Shown here in pieces: positions 46,135-55,783 of a stretch of 64,000 nt of DNA. Both the position numbers and the translations under genes were made by a program. The DNA lies in assembly GCA_039028615.1 (NCBI GenBank), contig JBCCHT010000016.1, positions 167,618 to 231,617 of the forward strand, read 5' to 3'. Positions within the stretch are counted from its first letter, which is position 1, and each line of letters opens with the position of its first letter. The notes under the pieces are model-generated. The model worked only from the letters and a program-made list of their open reading frames with translations, did not search any database and was not told the origin of the DNA. Source of the stretch: Myxococcota bacterium (GTDB lineage Bacteria; Myxococcota_A; Polyangia; Nannocystales; Nannocystaceae).

Positions 46135-47985
46135 ATGAGTCAGAGCGTCCAACGGCTACGCACCGTGCTCCTGCGGTGGCTCGAGGGGAGGGCGGTCGAG
46201 GCGACGCCGTGTGCCGTCGTCGACGCGCTCCTGCCGTCGGTGCGGCGAGCGATCGAGCAGTGCGCGCCCGCGGTCTCCGTGCCCGAGGTCCTGGATGCAC
46301 TCGCCGACTTCCTCGGAGACGAATCCTTGCATCGCCTGCCCGCCGAACCGTGGGCGGGCTCGGCATGCCACTACGTGGGCCCCGGGTGCTTCATCCACGA
46401 GGACCTCGCGGGGGTGCTGCGCTCGCGTCTGGAGGCATTCGTGGTGCGACGAGTCTTTGCCCTCGACTCGCTTCCGGGCAAGGCCGAGGCCACCGAACTC
46501 GCGGCCCGGGCGGCCCGGGCCATGGCCCTGCGAGCGGCGGGGCAATGCGTGTTCGCCGAGCTGGCGACCTACGAAGATGCTCGGCGTGATCGCTGGCTCG
46601 AAGTCCGTCCGCCTCGGGCAGAGCGTTGGTGCGTGTCGTTGGGGCTTTTGCCCGCGTCGCTCCGGGCCCGCGTTTGCGACGATGTGGCGCAGCGGGCCGA
46701 GTGGGTGACCTTGCTCGGGGAGCGTGCCGACCTCTCGCTCGAGGCGCTCCTCGACCAGCCGCATCTCGTCGTGGACACTCGTCACCTGCCGGATGACCTC
46801 GCCGCGGCCATCGTCGAGGGCCTCGAGCCGGAGGTACGGCGGTCGGCCCATCTCGCGGTGCGAGCCGACAACGTCGATGCCCTGCGGTGGCTGCAACGCG
46901 AGTCGCTGCGGGTGGAGTGCACCTTCATCGACCCGCCCTACAACACGGGCAGCAGCGATTTCGACTACGACGACAGTCTCTCCGGGCGCTCGTGGACTGC
47001 CATGATGTGGGAACGCCTCGTGCTCGCGCGCGATCTCATGGCCGACGACGGCGTGCTCGTGGCGACCATCGACGATCACGAGGTCGCCCACCTGCGGCTG
47101 TTGCTCGAGCGGGCCTTCGGGGCGCGCAACTTCGTCACGCAGGCGGTGTGGCACAAGAAGTACGCCCGGCAAAACGACGCCACCTGGTTCAGCACCTCGC
47201 ACGATCACGTCCTCATCGCGGCGCGAGACAAGGCCACCTGGCGCCCCAACCGGGTGCCGCGATCCGCCGAGCAGAACAAGGGCTACAAGAATCCCGATCG
47301 AGATCCGCGAGGGCCGTGGCAGTCGGTCGTCTATACCTGCGCCAAGACGGCCGAGCAGCGTCCCAACCTCTACTACCCGCTCACGCATCCCGCCACGGGT
47401 GAGCCCGTGTGGCCCAAGCGCAACCGAGTCTGGGGCTTTGGTCCACAGGCGCATGCCCGCAATGAACGAGAAGGGCGGGTCTGGTGGGGGCTCGACCAAG
47501 AGCGCAAGACCCCGCGCCGCAAGGTGTTCCTGTGCGATGTCGAGTCGGGTGTCGTGCCCGACACGCTGTGGACGCGCAAGCAGGTCGGAGACAACCAAGA
47601 TGCGCAGCGGCAGCTGGCCGCCTTGTTTGCCGACACCGCGCGCTTCTCCACCCCCAAGCCTCTGGGGTTGCTGGAGCGGGTCGTGACACTCGGTTGCTCG
47701 CCCCATGGCCGGGTGCTCGATTTCTTCGCCGGCTCGGGGACGACCGCGCACGCCGTGCTCCGGCTCAATGCCCAGCCCCCGCGCTCACCCAAGGTACCGG
47801 CCAACGATCGCCGCTTCGTCGTCGTCGAGCGGGGCGAAGTGTTCGAGCAGGTGCTCGTGCCGCGGATCAAGAAGGTCGGCTTTTGTACCGAGTGGAGCGA
47901 GGGGCGGCCGACCACCGCCTCCGGGCAGCTGCTCGCCTGCCGCGTCGTCGAGCTCGAGCCCTTCGTCGACCCGGCGATGGGGTGA
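46135..47985 (+). CDS. Adenine-specific DNA methyltransferase (beta class, Type III Mod-like)
   Basis: Motif IV FIDPPYNTG precedes motif I VLDFFAGSGTTAHAV; FSTPKPLGLLER; DRDPRGPW. Confidence 0.9.
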   Translation: MSQSVQRLRTVLLRWLEGRAVEATPCAVVDALLPSVRRAIEQCAPAVSVPEVLDALADFLGDESLHRLPAEPWAGSACHYVGPGCFIHEDLAGVLRSRLEAFVVRRVFALDSLPGKAEATELAARAARAMALRAAGQCVFAELATYEDARRDRWLEVRPPRAERWCVSLGLLPASLRARVCDDVAQRAEWVTLLGERADLSLEALLDQPHLVVDTRHLPDDLAAAIVEGLEPEVRRSAHLAVRADNVDALRWLQRESLRVECTFIDPPYNTGSSDFDYDDSLSGRSWTAMMWERLVLARDLMADDGVLVATIDDHEVAHLRLLLERAFGARNFVTQAVWHKKYARQNDATWFSTSHDHVLIAARDKATWRPNRVPRSAEQNKGYKNPDRDPRGPWQSVVYTCAKTAEQRPNLYYPLTHPATGEPVWPKRNRVWGFGPQAHARNEREGRVWWGLDQERKTPRRKVFLCDVESGVVPDTLWTRKQVGDNQDAQRQLAALFADTARFSTPKPLGLLERVVTLGCSPHGRVLDFFAGSGTTAHAVLRLNAQPPRSPKVPANDRRFVVVERGEVFEQVLVPRIKKVGFCTEWSEGRPTTASGQLLACRVVELEPFVDPAMG

Positions 47986-47993
47986 GCGCCGCG

Positions 47994-49082
47994 TCAGAGT
48001 TCGCCGAGGTCGTACACCCCGAACTCCACCACGTGCCACGCCGTGCCCGTCTGCATCAGCTGGAAGTACGGTTGCTCGCCGTCTTCGGTAGAGAACCAGA
48101 TCTTGACCCGCCCGCCGTAGGCCGGGACCGAGTGCCATCGGAACGTGGCTCCCGACCGCTTGCGCTTTTCGAAGAGCGGGGAGACGACCGCCAGCACCGA
48201 GCTCTTCTTGGCCGCGGCCTCGAGCTCCGTGGCCGTGAACGCCTTGCCCTCGATCTTCAGCCCTCCGGGTCCGAGCGCGCTCGTCAGCGCGGCCACGTCG
48301 TTGCGCGAGATGGCCAGAGCCACCGTCATCGCGACCTCGCCCACGGCCGCATCCAGATCGGGGAACGCGCTAGCGGCCGTGGTCGGGGGGTTGTTCGGCG
48401 TCGGGCCTGCGCGAAGCGAGCCACAGACTCGAACCCACTGGTCCACGTCGGCGCACGGCGTCTTGAGCGACTCGCACTTCAGTCCCGCTGCCGCGGACCA
48501 CCCGTGGACCATGCACTCCTTTGCATCCCAGCGATGAATGACGACCCAGTGCTCCGGCCCGAACTCGTGGTTCTCGACGTGGTCGAAGTCGTAGAACTTC
48601 GCCATCGCATCGGCCGACTCGAAGCGCGGCGGGGGCGAGACCAGCGGCGCCAGGGTCAGGCCCGCCGTCTCGGGTCCGATCCTCACCCCGGCTTCGTCCG
48701 CCTGGAGTCCGTCGGCATCCCGTTCTTCGTGGTGAGTGGGCTCGAGCTCGAGCATCGGAGGCGCGTCCACCGTTCCCGTCAGCGTCGGCACCACCCGCGA
48801 GAGATCGAGTCGCTGCCAGCCCGGGGGAGGGGGCTCCACCACGGGCGCGTCCGCCTGGCTCCCCTCCTCACCGCCTTCCGCGGCCTGCTCATCGGCGATC
48901 GCCTTGCTCTCCTCGAGGGTCCGACCGACCACATCGCCTCCACCACCCGCGGCCTGCTTCGGCTCAGCCTCGTCCTTGGTCGAAGCCGCCTTCTTCTCGG
49001 ACTTCGTCTCGCTTGGTTTGCTGCAGCCCAGCGTCGCCGACACGAGCATCAGGGCCAGCCCCAGTCTCCACACCGGGTTCAT
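47994..49082 (-). CDS. Hypothetical lipoprotein
   Basis: Lipobox ATLGC, charged linker, GC3-rich ORF. Confidence 0.68.
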   Translation of the reverse strand: MNPVWRLGLALMLVSATLGCSKPSETKSEKKAASTKDEAEPKQAAGGGGDVVGRTLEESKAIADEQAAEGGEEGSQADAPVVEPPPPGWQRLDLSRVVPTLTGTVDAPPMLELEPTHHEERDADGLQADEAGVRIGPETAGLTLAPLVSPPPRFESADAMAKFYDFDHVENHEFGPEHWVVIHRWDAKECMVHGWSAAAGLKCESLKTPCADVDQWVRVCGSLRAGPTPNNPPTTAASAFPDLDAAVGEVAMTVALAISRNDVAALTSALGPGGLKIEGKAFTATELEAAAKKSSVLAVVSPLFEKRKRSGATFRWHSVPAYGGRVKIWFSTEDGEQPYFQLMQTGTAWHVVEFGVYDLGEL

Positions 49083-49262
49083 GGCTCGGGGCGTCGAGAG
49101 GGCCTTGGTCGGCGGCTGCGTCCACATGGCTCGTCCTTGGGCTGCGCGATGCAACGAAGCCGCGGCACTCCGGGGAGCGCCCGCGGCTTCGCGGTGCAGT
49201 GTCGGCCATTTGTCCGGCCCAGGCCAATGCCACGCGGGACTGCCCTGGGCTCTCGGTCGGGC

Positions 49263-50639
49263 TCAGCCCTGCGGGGCCCCGCCGCCACCGACGGTGCTCA
49301 GAGCGTGCCCCGTCATGTCGCTGTACGTGTACGCGCCGATGAGCCCGCTGTACGTATCGATCGCGCCCGTCGAGATGTTCGCGCGGTACGCATTGTTGCT
49401 CGCGAAGGTCACGCCCCACACGAATCCCTCGAAGTCCACGCTCACCCCGTGCACGTACTCGGGCAGCTGGATCTGCTCGTCGATGTTCAGCGTGTCGATG
49501 TTGAAGCCCATCAGCAGGCCCGACCCGTTGCTGTGCCAGATCAGCTCGTCGCCGTCCGTCATGCAGCCGCCGATGCCTCCGCCGATGCCCGCCGAGTCCC
49601 ACGTGTGACTCACCAGGTCGAAGCGAGACACGCTGCCGCCACCGCAGACCCACGGGCGCCCCAGCGGGTCCACCGTGATGCCGTAGCCGCCGTTGCCCGG
49701 CAGGTTCCACGAGTCGAAGTTCAGCGTGTTGAAGTCCACGCGGAACAGGCTCTGCGACGCGCCCGTGTCCAGGCCCCAGAAGTTGCCGTCGGCATCTGCC
49801 GCGCCGCCGTACACGAACGCCGAGCCGTTCGGGATGATGACCGTCTCCTCGATCGCTCCCGTCTCACCGTCCAGCAGCAGCACCTGGTTGTCGCACGCCG
49901 TCCACAGGTCCATGCCCTCGTACGTGCACGTCGCCTCGTTGAACGTGCCGCGGGTCCACGCCACTGGGCGGTTCGAGCTACACGAAAGCTCCGTGTACCA
50001 GGCCAGGCAGTCGTCCTCGCCCCAGGCCAGCACATCGGCGGAGCCCGACGACGTCTGAATCCCCGGGATCCCGTTGCTGTTTTGACAGTGGTCCTCGTTC
50101 GCCCAGAACTTCGCCACCCCGCCGTTGCGATTGGCCACCGCCACATCGCCCACCAGGTTCACCGAAGTCCGCGACGGGTCGCCGTTGAACGGCTTCGCCT
50201 GATAGCGGCCGACCTCCGTCACCGTCTGAGTATCGAGCTTCGACAGCGTGCCCTGAGCCGAGTTCGCGATCCAGATGTACGACAGCGACAGCTCCCCGTT
50301 GTTCTCGCCTCCGCACACTGGCGGCGGCGAGTCGGGGATGCTCCCCACGTCCAGCTGGATCGGCGGCGGTCCGTCGTCGTTGTCGTCGTTCGAGTCGTCG
50401 GCTGCCGCCGTCGACCCATCACCCGGAGGCGAGCCGGTCCCGTCCGTGCCCTCGCCCGACCCTTGACCGCCATCACCCGGTGTCGACGCCGTCTCGCCTG
50501 CGCCCGCACTCGCGTCCGCCGCTCCGTCATCGTCTCCGCCGGCCGTCGTATTGGCCTCGCCCACATCTTGTCCACACGCGGCCAATCCCACCGCAGTCAT
50601 CAACGCCAAGCTCGAACAACTAAGGAAACGCAGTCGCAT
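49263..50639 (-). CDS. Lipoprotein with Vgb/NHL-like beta-propeller (myxobacterial 'YIWIANS' type)
   Basis: Lipobox GLAAC; YIWIANS, PSRTSVN, VAVANR, YGITVD, YTYSDMTG. Confidence 0.8.
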   Translation of the reverse strand: MRLRFLSCSSLALMTAVGLAACGQDVGEANTTAGGDDDGAADASAGAGETASTPGDGGQGSGEGTDGTGSPPGDGSTAAADDSNDDNDDGPPPIQLDVGSIPDSPPPVCGGENNGELSLSYIWIANSAQGTLSKLDTQTVTEVGRYQAKPFNGDPSRTSVNLVGDVAVANRNGGVAKFWANEDHCQNSNGIPGIQTSSGSADVLAWGEDDCLAWYTELSCSSNRPVAWTRGTFNEATCTYEGMDLWTACDNQVLLLDGETGAIEETVIIPNGSAFVYGGAADADGNFWGLDTGASQSLFRVDFNTLNFDSWNLPGNGGYGITVDPLGRPWVCGGGSVSRFDLVSHTWDSAGIGGGIGGCMTDGDELIWHSNGSGLLMGFNIDTLNIDEQIQLPEYVHGVSVDFEGFVWGVTFASNNAYRANISTGAIDTYSGLIGAYTYSDMTGHALSTVGGGGAPQG

Positions 50640-51111
50640 CACGGACCTCCGGGTCACCTACCGTACGCCGGGTGAATGTCCCTGGAGGCACAAACCCTTC
50701 AGTTTCCCCCCAATCTTCATCATTCGGCCCTTTAGCCGCCTCCGCGCTAATGCCGCTCCACCATCGAACGCCGTACCCAGCCATTTTGACCTAGCAACTC
50801 CTTCCGCTCGCTGGGGTGTCCTCTCGAGGCCCCAACCCCCTCCAAACCGCTCCCGAGCCGACCCTCGTTCAACAACGACCCCGGCCGAGCTCGGATCGCG
50901 TCGCTTCATCCACCGCCCGCGTCGTTGGGTTCTCCCAACTCGACCCTCATCGGGCCCACGCTCTCGTTCAACGACCGGGATCGAACTCGGATCGCGCCGT
51001 TGCTTCGTGGTCCGTGCCGGTTGCGCCGCCGCTCCCGTGGTCTCATACTCCCGTCCGCGCCCGTGCTCGGCCCCGTCCGCCGCCCGGCCGCGTTTCTTCG
51101 GCAGTACACAT

Positions 51112-51468
51112 GGGGGTGTCACGGTTTCGACGGGGGTACTGAGATTGGGAGTGGCGTGTCGCGGGGGTTGACCAACCGTGTCAAAAAGTGGCCAACAAAA
51201 CACAGCTGCCAACGACAGCACTTACGGCCGTATGGCCGCCGTCGCCTAAGGGCGCCGCGCCTCCGTTTGAGGAGCCCGAGTAGGGCGGAGGCGTCAACAC
51301 ACGGGCTAGCTTCGAGGAGTGCCTCGACCACGAAGTGAAACTCTGGGGCTGGAGAGAAGGATCGCGTGTCGGTGCGCGTGCCAATCTCGAGATCAAGTTT
51401 GCCGACTACGCACGTAGAAGCCCCATTTGATGGCTTCCGGACCCGGGTTCGACTCCCGGCGCCTCCAC
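51112..51468 (+). ncRNA. ssrA: tmRNA; tag peptide (A)ANDSTYGRMAAVA* encoded at 51208-51249
   Basis: 5' GGGGGTGTCACGGTTTCGAC and 3' T-arm/acceptor CCGGGTTCGACTCCCGG-CGCCTCCA. The acceptor stem GGGGGTG/CGCCTCC includes G3-U; the internal ORF begins AND and ends AVA-stop. Confidence 0.95.
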
Positions 51469-51471
51469 TGA

Positions 51472-51507
51472 GAATCGGGCAGTTAGGGAGACCTAGCTGC
51501 CCGATTC
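51472..51507 (+). terminator. Hairpin downstream of ssrA, overlapping the integrase stop codon
   Basis: gaatcgggcagttagg-GAGA-cctagctgcccgattc, 16-bp stem with GNRA loop. Confidence 0.7.
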
Positions 51508-52656
51508 GCCTTTCGGGCTCTCGGCGTACCCAAACGGTACCCGAAGATCGCCCGGTATCGGCTGGTCGAGAAGAAGCACGGCGCTGTGCGTGACGAGCGG
51601 GGACAGGTGAGCGTAGCGCATCGTCATCTCGATCGTGGCGTGGCCAAGCACCTCCTGCACTGCCTTGAGCTGTGCGCCCCGCATCACGAGGTGCGATGCG
51701 AAGGTGTGCCGAAGCGCGTGCCATCCGACGGCGACGATGCCGGCCTTGCGCTGGGCTCGACGCAGCGGGGCCTTGGCTTCGTTCTTCGTCAGCATCCTCC
51801 CGTCCTCGGTGCAGAAAACGAGCGGTCCCCGAAGGTGCTTGAAGCGACGGAGCACACTCAGCGCCGTCTCGCTCAGGGGGACCTCTCGGTTTCTACCCGA
51901 CTTCGGTGTGCCCACTATGCCGCGAGCGACGGCTGCGCGGACATGGAGAAGCCCCCGCTTCGTGTCGACGGCGTCCCACCGCAGCGCGAGCAGCTCGCCC
52001 AGACGGAGCCCGGTGTGGATGGCGACGACGATCATCGCGTGCCCAAGCGGATCAGACTTGGCCCCCTCCACCAATCGTTCGGCTTCCTCGAAGTCGAGGA
52101 ACCGGAAGTCTGGCTTGGGTGCCTTGAGCCAGGTGATCCGAGGCGGCGCCTCGATGAGACCCCAGCGAGCGGCGGTGTCGAGGCAGTGTCGCAGACAGGT
52201 CAGCAGGTTGTTGATCGTCTTTGGCTTCAGTGCCGCGAAGCTGCCGTCGGCCCGCTTATGGACCTTCGCCGACTTCGCAACGAACCGATCGATCTCGCGC
52301 TGCCCGATCGCATCGATCCGCATCTTCCCGAAGAAGGGGACAAGGTGGTGCTTGAAGATCGAGTCCTTGCTGTCGAAGGTGCTGGGCTTGTTACGAACGC
52401 GGGCATGGTCTTCCAGGTAGTCGTTGGCGAACTGCTTGAACAGCGGTACGGGCCTCGGCCCCGACTCGCCTCGGACCTCCTTTCTCGGATCGACCCCCGC
52501 CCGTAGCTGGGCGAGGACCGTCCGTTCGAACGCTTCCGCTTTGCGGCGCGTCAGTTTGTCCTTGGGTACGCGGAGTCGAATCCGCTCGCGTCGTCCGTCG
52601 GGCCATGTATGACGAAGATCGATCACGAGCTTTCCGCGGTGCGTGGTGATGGCCAT
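51493..52656 (-). CDS. int: Tyrosine recombinase / phage integrase
   Basis: HTGLRLGELLALRW, TPKSGR, HALRHTFASHL, VLGHATIEMTMRYAH (R-K-H-R-H-Y set); RBS GAGGAG before the ATG at 52656. Confidence 0.96.
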   Translation of the reverse strand: MAITTHRGKLVIDLRHTWPDGRRERIRLRVPKDKLTRRKAEAFERTVLAQLRAGVDPRKEVRGESGPRPVPLFKQFANDYLEDHARVRNKPSTFDSKDSIFKHHLVPFFGKMRIDAIGQREIDRFVAKSAKVHKRADGSFAALKPKTINNLLTCLRHCLDTAARWGLIEAPPRITWLKAPKPDFRFLDFEEAERLVEGAKSDPLGHAMIVVAIHTGLRLGELLALRWDAVDTKRGLLHVRAAVARGIVGTPKSGRNREVPLSETALSVLRRFKHLRGPLVFCTEDGRMLTKNEAKAPLRRAQRKAGIVAVGWHALRHTFASHLVMRGAQLKAVQEVLGHATIEMTMRYAHLSPLVTHSAVLLLDQPIPGDLRVPFGYAESPKGESGS

Positions 52657-52661
52657 CGGTT

Positions 52662-52919
52662 TCACTCCTCCGATGGCGCGGGGTTGCCGATCCACGCTAG
52701 CACCACGGGGCGCGAGAAGACGAGACGCCTGCCGATGCGCAGCGCGCCGGGTATCTCGCCACGTTCGGCGGCTTGGTAGACGGTGTCGCGACCGACTCCG
52801 AGGAGCTTCGCGACCTCGTCGGCGCGGTACGTCGCTCGACCGTCAGGGCCGAGTTGTTCTCGCCCCGGTCCAAGCTTTATGCATGGCTTCGATGCCAGCG
52901 GCGGACGCCGAGCGCTCAT
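52662..52919 (-). CDS. Excisionase-like HTH_17 DNA-binding protein
   Basis: TYRADEVAKLLGVGRDTVYQAAERGEIPGALRIGRRLVFSR; directly upstream of int. Confidence 0.85.
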   Translation of the reverse strand: MSARRPPLASKPCIKLGPGREQLGPDGRATYRADEVAKLLGVGRDTVYQAAERGEIPGALRIGRRLVFSRPVVLAWIGNPAPSEE

Positions 52920-53098
52920 TGTTCCGCCTTTGCCAAGGCCTTGTCGATGATGTCCAGCTCGTCGTCGTCAGCAGGGCGCCCTTCGCCACGTTCGATCTCG
53001 GACACCCGCGTTGTAGCGATCCCGGTGGCCTCGGAGATGTCGAGAATGCGAAGCCCGGCAGCAATGCGCCGGACTCGGAGTTCGGTTGGCTTCGACAT
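52916..53098 (-). CDS. Small XRE/Cro-like HTH protein
   Basis: LRVRRIAAGLRILDISEATGIATTRVSEIERG; stop overlaps the xis start. Confidence 0.8.
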   Translation of the reverse strand: MSKPTELRVRRIAAGLRILDISEATGIATTRVSEIERGEGRPADDDELDIIDKALAKAEQ

Positions 53099-53143
53099 GC
53101 CCTCATGAGGCCATGGCTGATCCCGAGTTCGCTGGGGTACGAA

Positions 53144-54073
53144 TCACTCGGAGTCCGGGCGGCGCTCCGCCTGCGAGCGTCCGCGCTGGGACCCAACCCG
53201 ACGACGTTGCACAAGCGCCCACGGATTCTCTGGAGTCCCGCGCTCCCCGTCGCCCGAGGGAGGGCAAACCTCGCCCCTTGTTGCCGCCTTCTCCGTCTTC
53301 TCGACGGTATTGGGACTCTTGTCGACGATCTCGCCCAGAATCACGTGCGTTGCCGCAACGGGCCCGAAACCCGAAGCACCGTCATCGAGACCGCAGACAA
53401 CAGCGTCGTACAGCTCCAAGTCGTCGTCATCGAGCCCCGCAGAGAGGGTCGCACGGCTCGCAGGGAAGTAGAGAGCGAGCAGGATGTCGTCGATTTCGAG
53501 CCTGCCCGCCGCAATGAGCTGGTCCCGAAGTGGCTCGCCATCGACGACCACGTGCTCGGGTTCGTTCGACTGGTACTGCAAGGCCTCTTCGGCGACGACC
53601 CGTCGGAACGTATCTCGTGCGCCGTCCAGCACCGAGAGGAACGAGGCCTTCGAACGACGCGATCGTGGCACGCGATCGGCCGCGAACTCTTCGTCGACGG
53701 CGCGCCAAGCTCTGAGGATCCCGTCCCACACCCACGGGTGCAACCACCGAGCCCTGTTCTGGGCCTCCCCTTTCGCGCGCTCGGTTTCCCACCGTTTGAC
53801 CGCGCGCTCGATAGCTTGGGCGAGCGTTCGCGCGGGGCCCCGTTGATCCCGCTTTCGTTCGGTCGCCAAGACCCGCCTCACCCCGGCGACGAACACCTTG
53901 GTCTGCTCGGCGACCAGTCGTGCACCGCTGGCATCGCCGGTGAACGCGACGCGCAGCAGGTGGGTGCATCCCCGCTCCAATGCTCCCGCGGCCTCGCGTC
54001 CCAACCTCTCATCGTGCTGGACCTCGTGGAGAATGCGTTCGAGGACTTCGACCGCTTCGGGGTCATCGGGCAT
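53144..54073 (-). CDS. Hypothetical island protein
   Basis: Helical ORF starting MPDDPEAVEVLERILHE in the same orientation as the int/xis module; start uncertain. Confidence 0.55.
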   Translation of the reverse strand: MPDDPEAVEVLERILHEVQHDERLGREAAGALERGCTHLLRVAFTGDASGARLVAEQTKVFVAGVRRVLATERKRDQRGPARTLAQAIERAVKRWETERAKGEAQNRARWLHPWVWDGILRAWRAVDEEFAADRVPRSRRSKASFLSVLDGARDTFRRVVAEEALQYQSNEPEHVVVDGEPLRDQLIAAGRLEIDDILLALYFPASRATLSAGLDDDDLELYDAVVCGLDDGASGFGPVAATHVILGEIVDKSPNTVEKTEKAATRGEVCPPSGDGERGTPENPWALVQRRRVGSQRGRSQAERRPDSE

Positions 54074-54197
54074 CGAAGAAACCCTACCAGGCGGCGCAAC
54101 GACGCCGGGGGGAGAAGACGATCGAGTGGCCGGGTGCGGCGCGGCCGTTCGGCCTAGCAGTATGACGTCGCTCCGGCGGACGGGTGGGGCAGCCAGA

Positions 54198-55496
54198 TCA
54201 AGCATGACCCTGCCAGCTCCAATCACGCGGCGTCCGATGACCGACTCCGAGCGTGAGGCTTCCGGTCGCCCTATCGACGACGATGGACCCCTCAGCGAGG
54301 AGCACGCCGAGCCAGCGGCCGAACGTCTGAGGCGGGATGTCTTCCTCGCTCTCTGGGAGCATGTCGTTGACGGTCTCGCAGATTTGACGTTCCTGAAGTC
54401 CGGGGAACTTGAGCACCACGGTCACCGCGAATCCGAGCGCCCAGGTGCGCTTCGCACGATGAGCCCGTCGGCGGCACGACGAGCACCGCTTGGCGTCTTC
54501 GCGTAGCAGGAGGATGGAAGCTCCGCACCAGGTGCACCTTCGAATGCCCTCAGGCGAACGGATTGACGCCTCTGAGGCCGTTGAGCCACTGAGTCGGGGT
54601 GAACGCCCTGCCAACCGGATCGCGCGCTTCAGGATGCCGCGCAGGCGCCCTGTCGCGATCGGGCGTGGGTCGAACCCCGGTGGTTGCGGCTTCGGGAGCG
54701 CAAGGTGGTACTGAAGGGTTTGGCGAAGATGGTCCAGGAACCTGGACCCACCGGGGTTCGACTGGCTCTCGACAGGGCGAACGTAGACGGCCTGCCTGCT
54801 CAGCCCCGCCTCAACACACAGTTCGACCAGCTCGCACTTGGACAGCCGGGTGAGGGCGAGACCGTGCCAATGAGGGCGACCGCGGGCGCTGACGTGAAGG
54901 CTGAGGAGCACGCCTTCGTCGCGCCGACGAGCGAGACGGTCGGCGATCCGCAGGGCCGCTTCTTCCCGCAGCTCGGGCAGCGCGAGCAGCTGCTGAGCCT
55001 CGGCGTCTGGACTAAGGCCGAGCGAGAAAACGTTTCGATTGGCGAGCCCATTCCGGCCAGCCACGATGGAGGCACGAACCACTTCGGCGAGGACCTCCGC
55101 GTACGTCTCCCGGCAATACTCGACGGGCGCACGAAATACGCCCCTACTCCGGGGGGCGACGGATCGCCGCGCGCGCCGATATCGGGGCACCTCGCAGAGG
55201 AGACCTCGGCTGCATTCGGTCGTCAGAAACCGGGCGCTCGGAGACGCCGCGGCCGGCTTCGCCGCCGCTCGCATCTCCGGCCGGCATGGGAACCATCGGC
55301 TTCGCCTTCGGTCGCCCAAGCCGGAAGTCTTTCTTTCTTCCGGCCGGGCGTTGCCCGCAACCAAGAAGAGAGAGGTTGCTCGACGCCCTGACGCGAAGAT
55401 GGGGTTGCGCGACCGTACGAGCCTCCTGCGAGGCGTTTCGGTGCTGTGGGCACAGATATGGTCTTGGGCGATGCGACGCTTGTCGATGGGCTTCAT
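54198..55496 (-). CDS. Putative HUH-family replication initiator/endonuclease with C-terminal Cys4 zinc finger
   Basis: LHVSARGRPHWHGLAL (HUH motif II, ~54863-54877), downstream LQYHLALPK, CTWC...CSSC. The N-terminus is low quality, so the true start is uncertain. Confidence 0.5.
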   Translation of the reverse strand: MKPIDKRRIAQDHICAHSTETPRRRLVRSRNPIFASGRRATSLFLVAGNARPEERKTSGLGDRRRSRWFPCRPEMRAAAKPAAASPSARFLTTECSRGLLCEVPRYRRARRSVAPRSRGVFRAPVEYCRETYAEVLAEVVRASIVAGRNGLANRNVFSLGLSPDAEAQQLLALPELREEAALRIADRLARRRDEGVLLSLHVSARGRPHWHGLALTRLSKCELVELCVEAGLSRQAVYVRPVESQSNPGGSRFLDHLRQTLQYHLALPKPQPPGFDPRPIATGRLRGILKRAIRLAGRSPRLSGSTASEASIRSPEGIRRCTWCGASILLLREDAKRCSSCRRRAHRAKRTWALGFAVTVVLKFPGLQERQICETVNDMLPESEEDIPPQTFGRWLGVLLAEGSIVVDRATGSLTLGVGHRTPRDWSWQGHA

Positions 55497-55783
55497 GGAC
55501 GCATCAAAGCCGGCGGCGTTCCGCCACCGCTAGGGTAGCGATCGGGCGAGCGTTGGGCGGGACGAGCCGACGACCACGCGATGCCGGTGATTGGCGATGG
55601 TCCAAGAACGCGCCAAGGCCGCGTATTCTCTGATGTCGCGTCCGCTCGGACCACGTTCCCGGCACCGCGGGGAACGGGCCCACCACTCCTTCCGACACTC
55701 CGAGGTCGAGCTTCCGAGCCGTTCGCACCTCGTCGGGCCGGACTGGAGGAAGCGGACAAAGGAGCGCCCTTGGGGCCTGGGCG

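Noticed and set aside
50864..51006. Imperfect ~40-bp direct repeat (ctcgttcaac...ctcggatcgcg) upstream of ssrA
   Set aside because: Two degenerate copies only; no function can be supported from the sequence.
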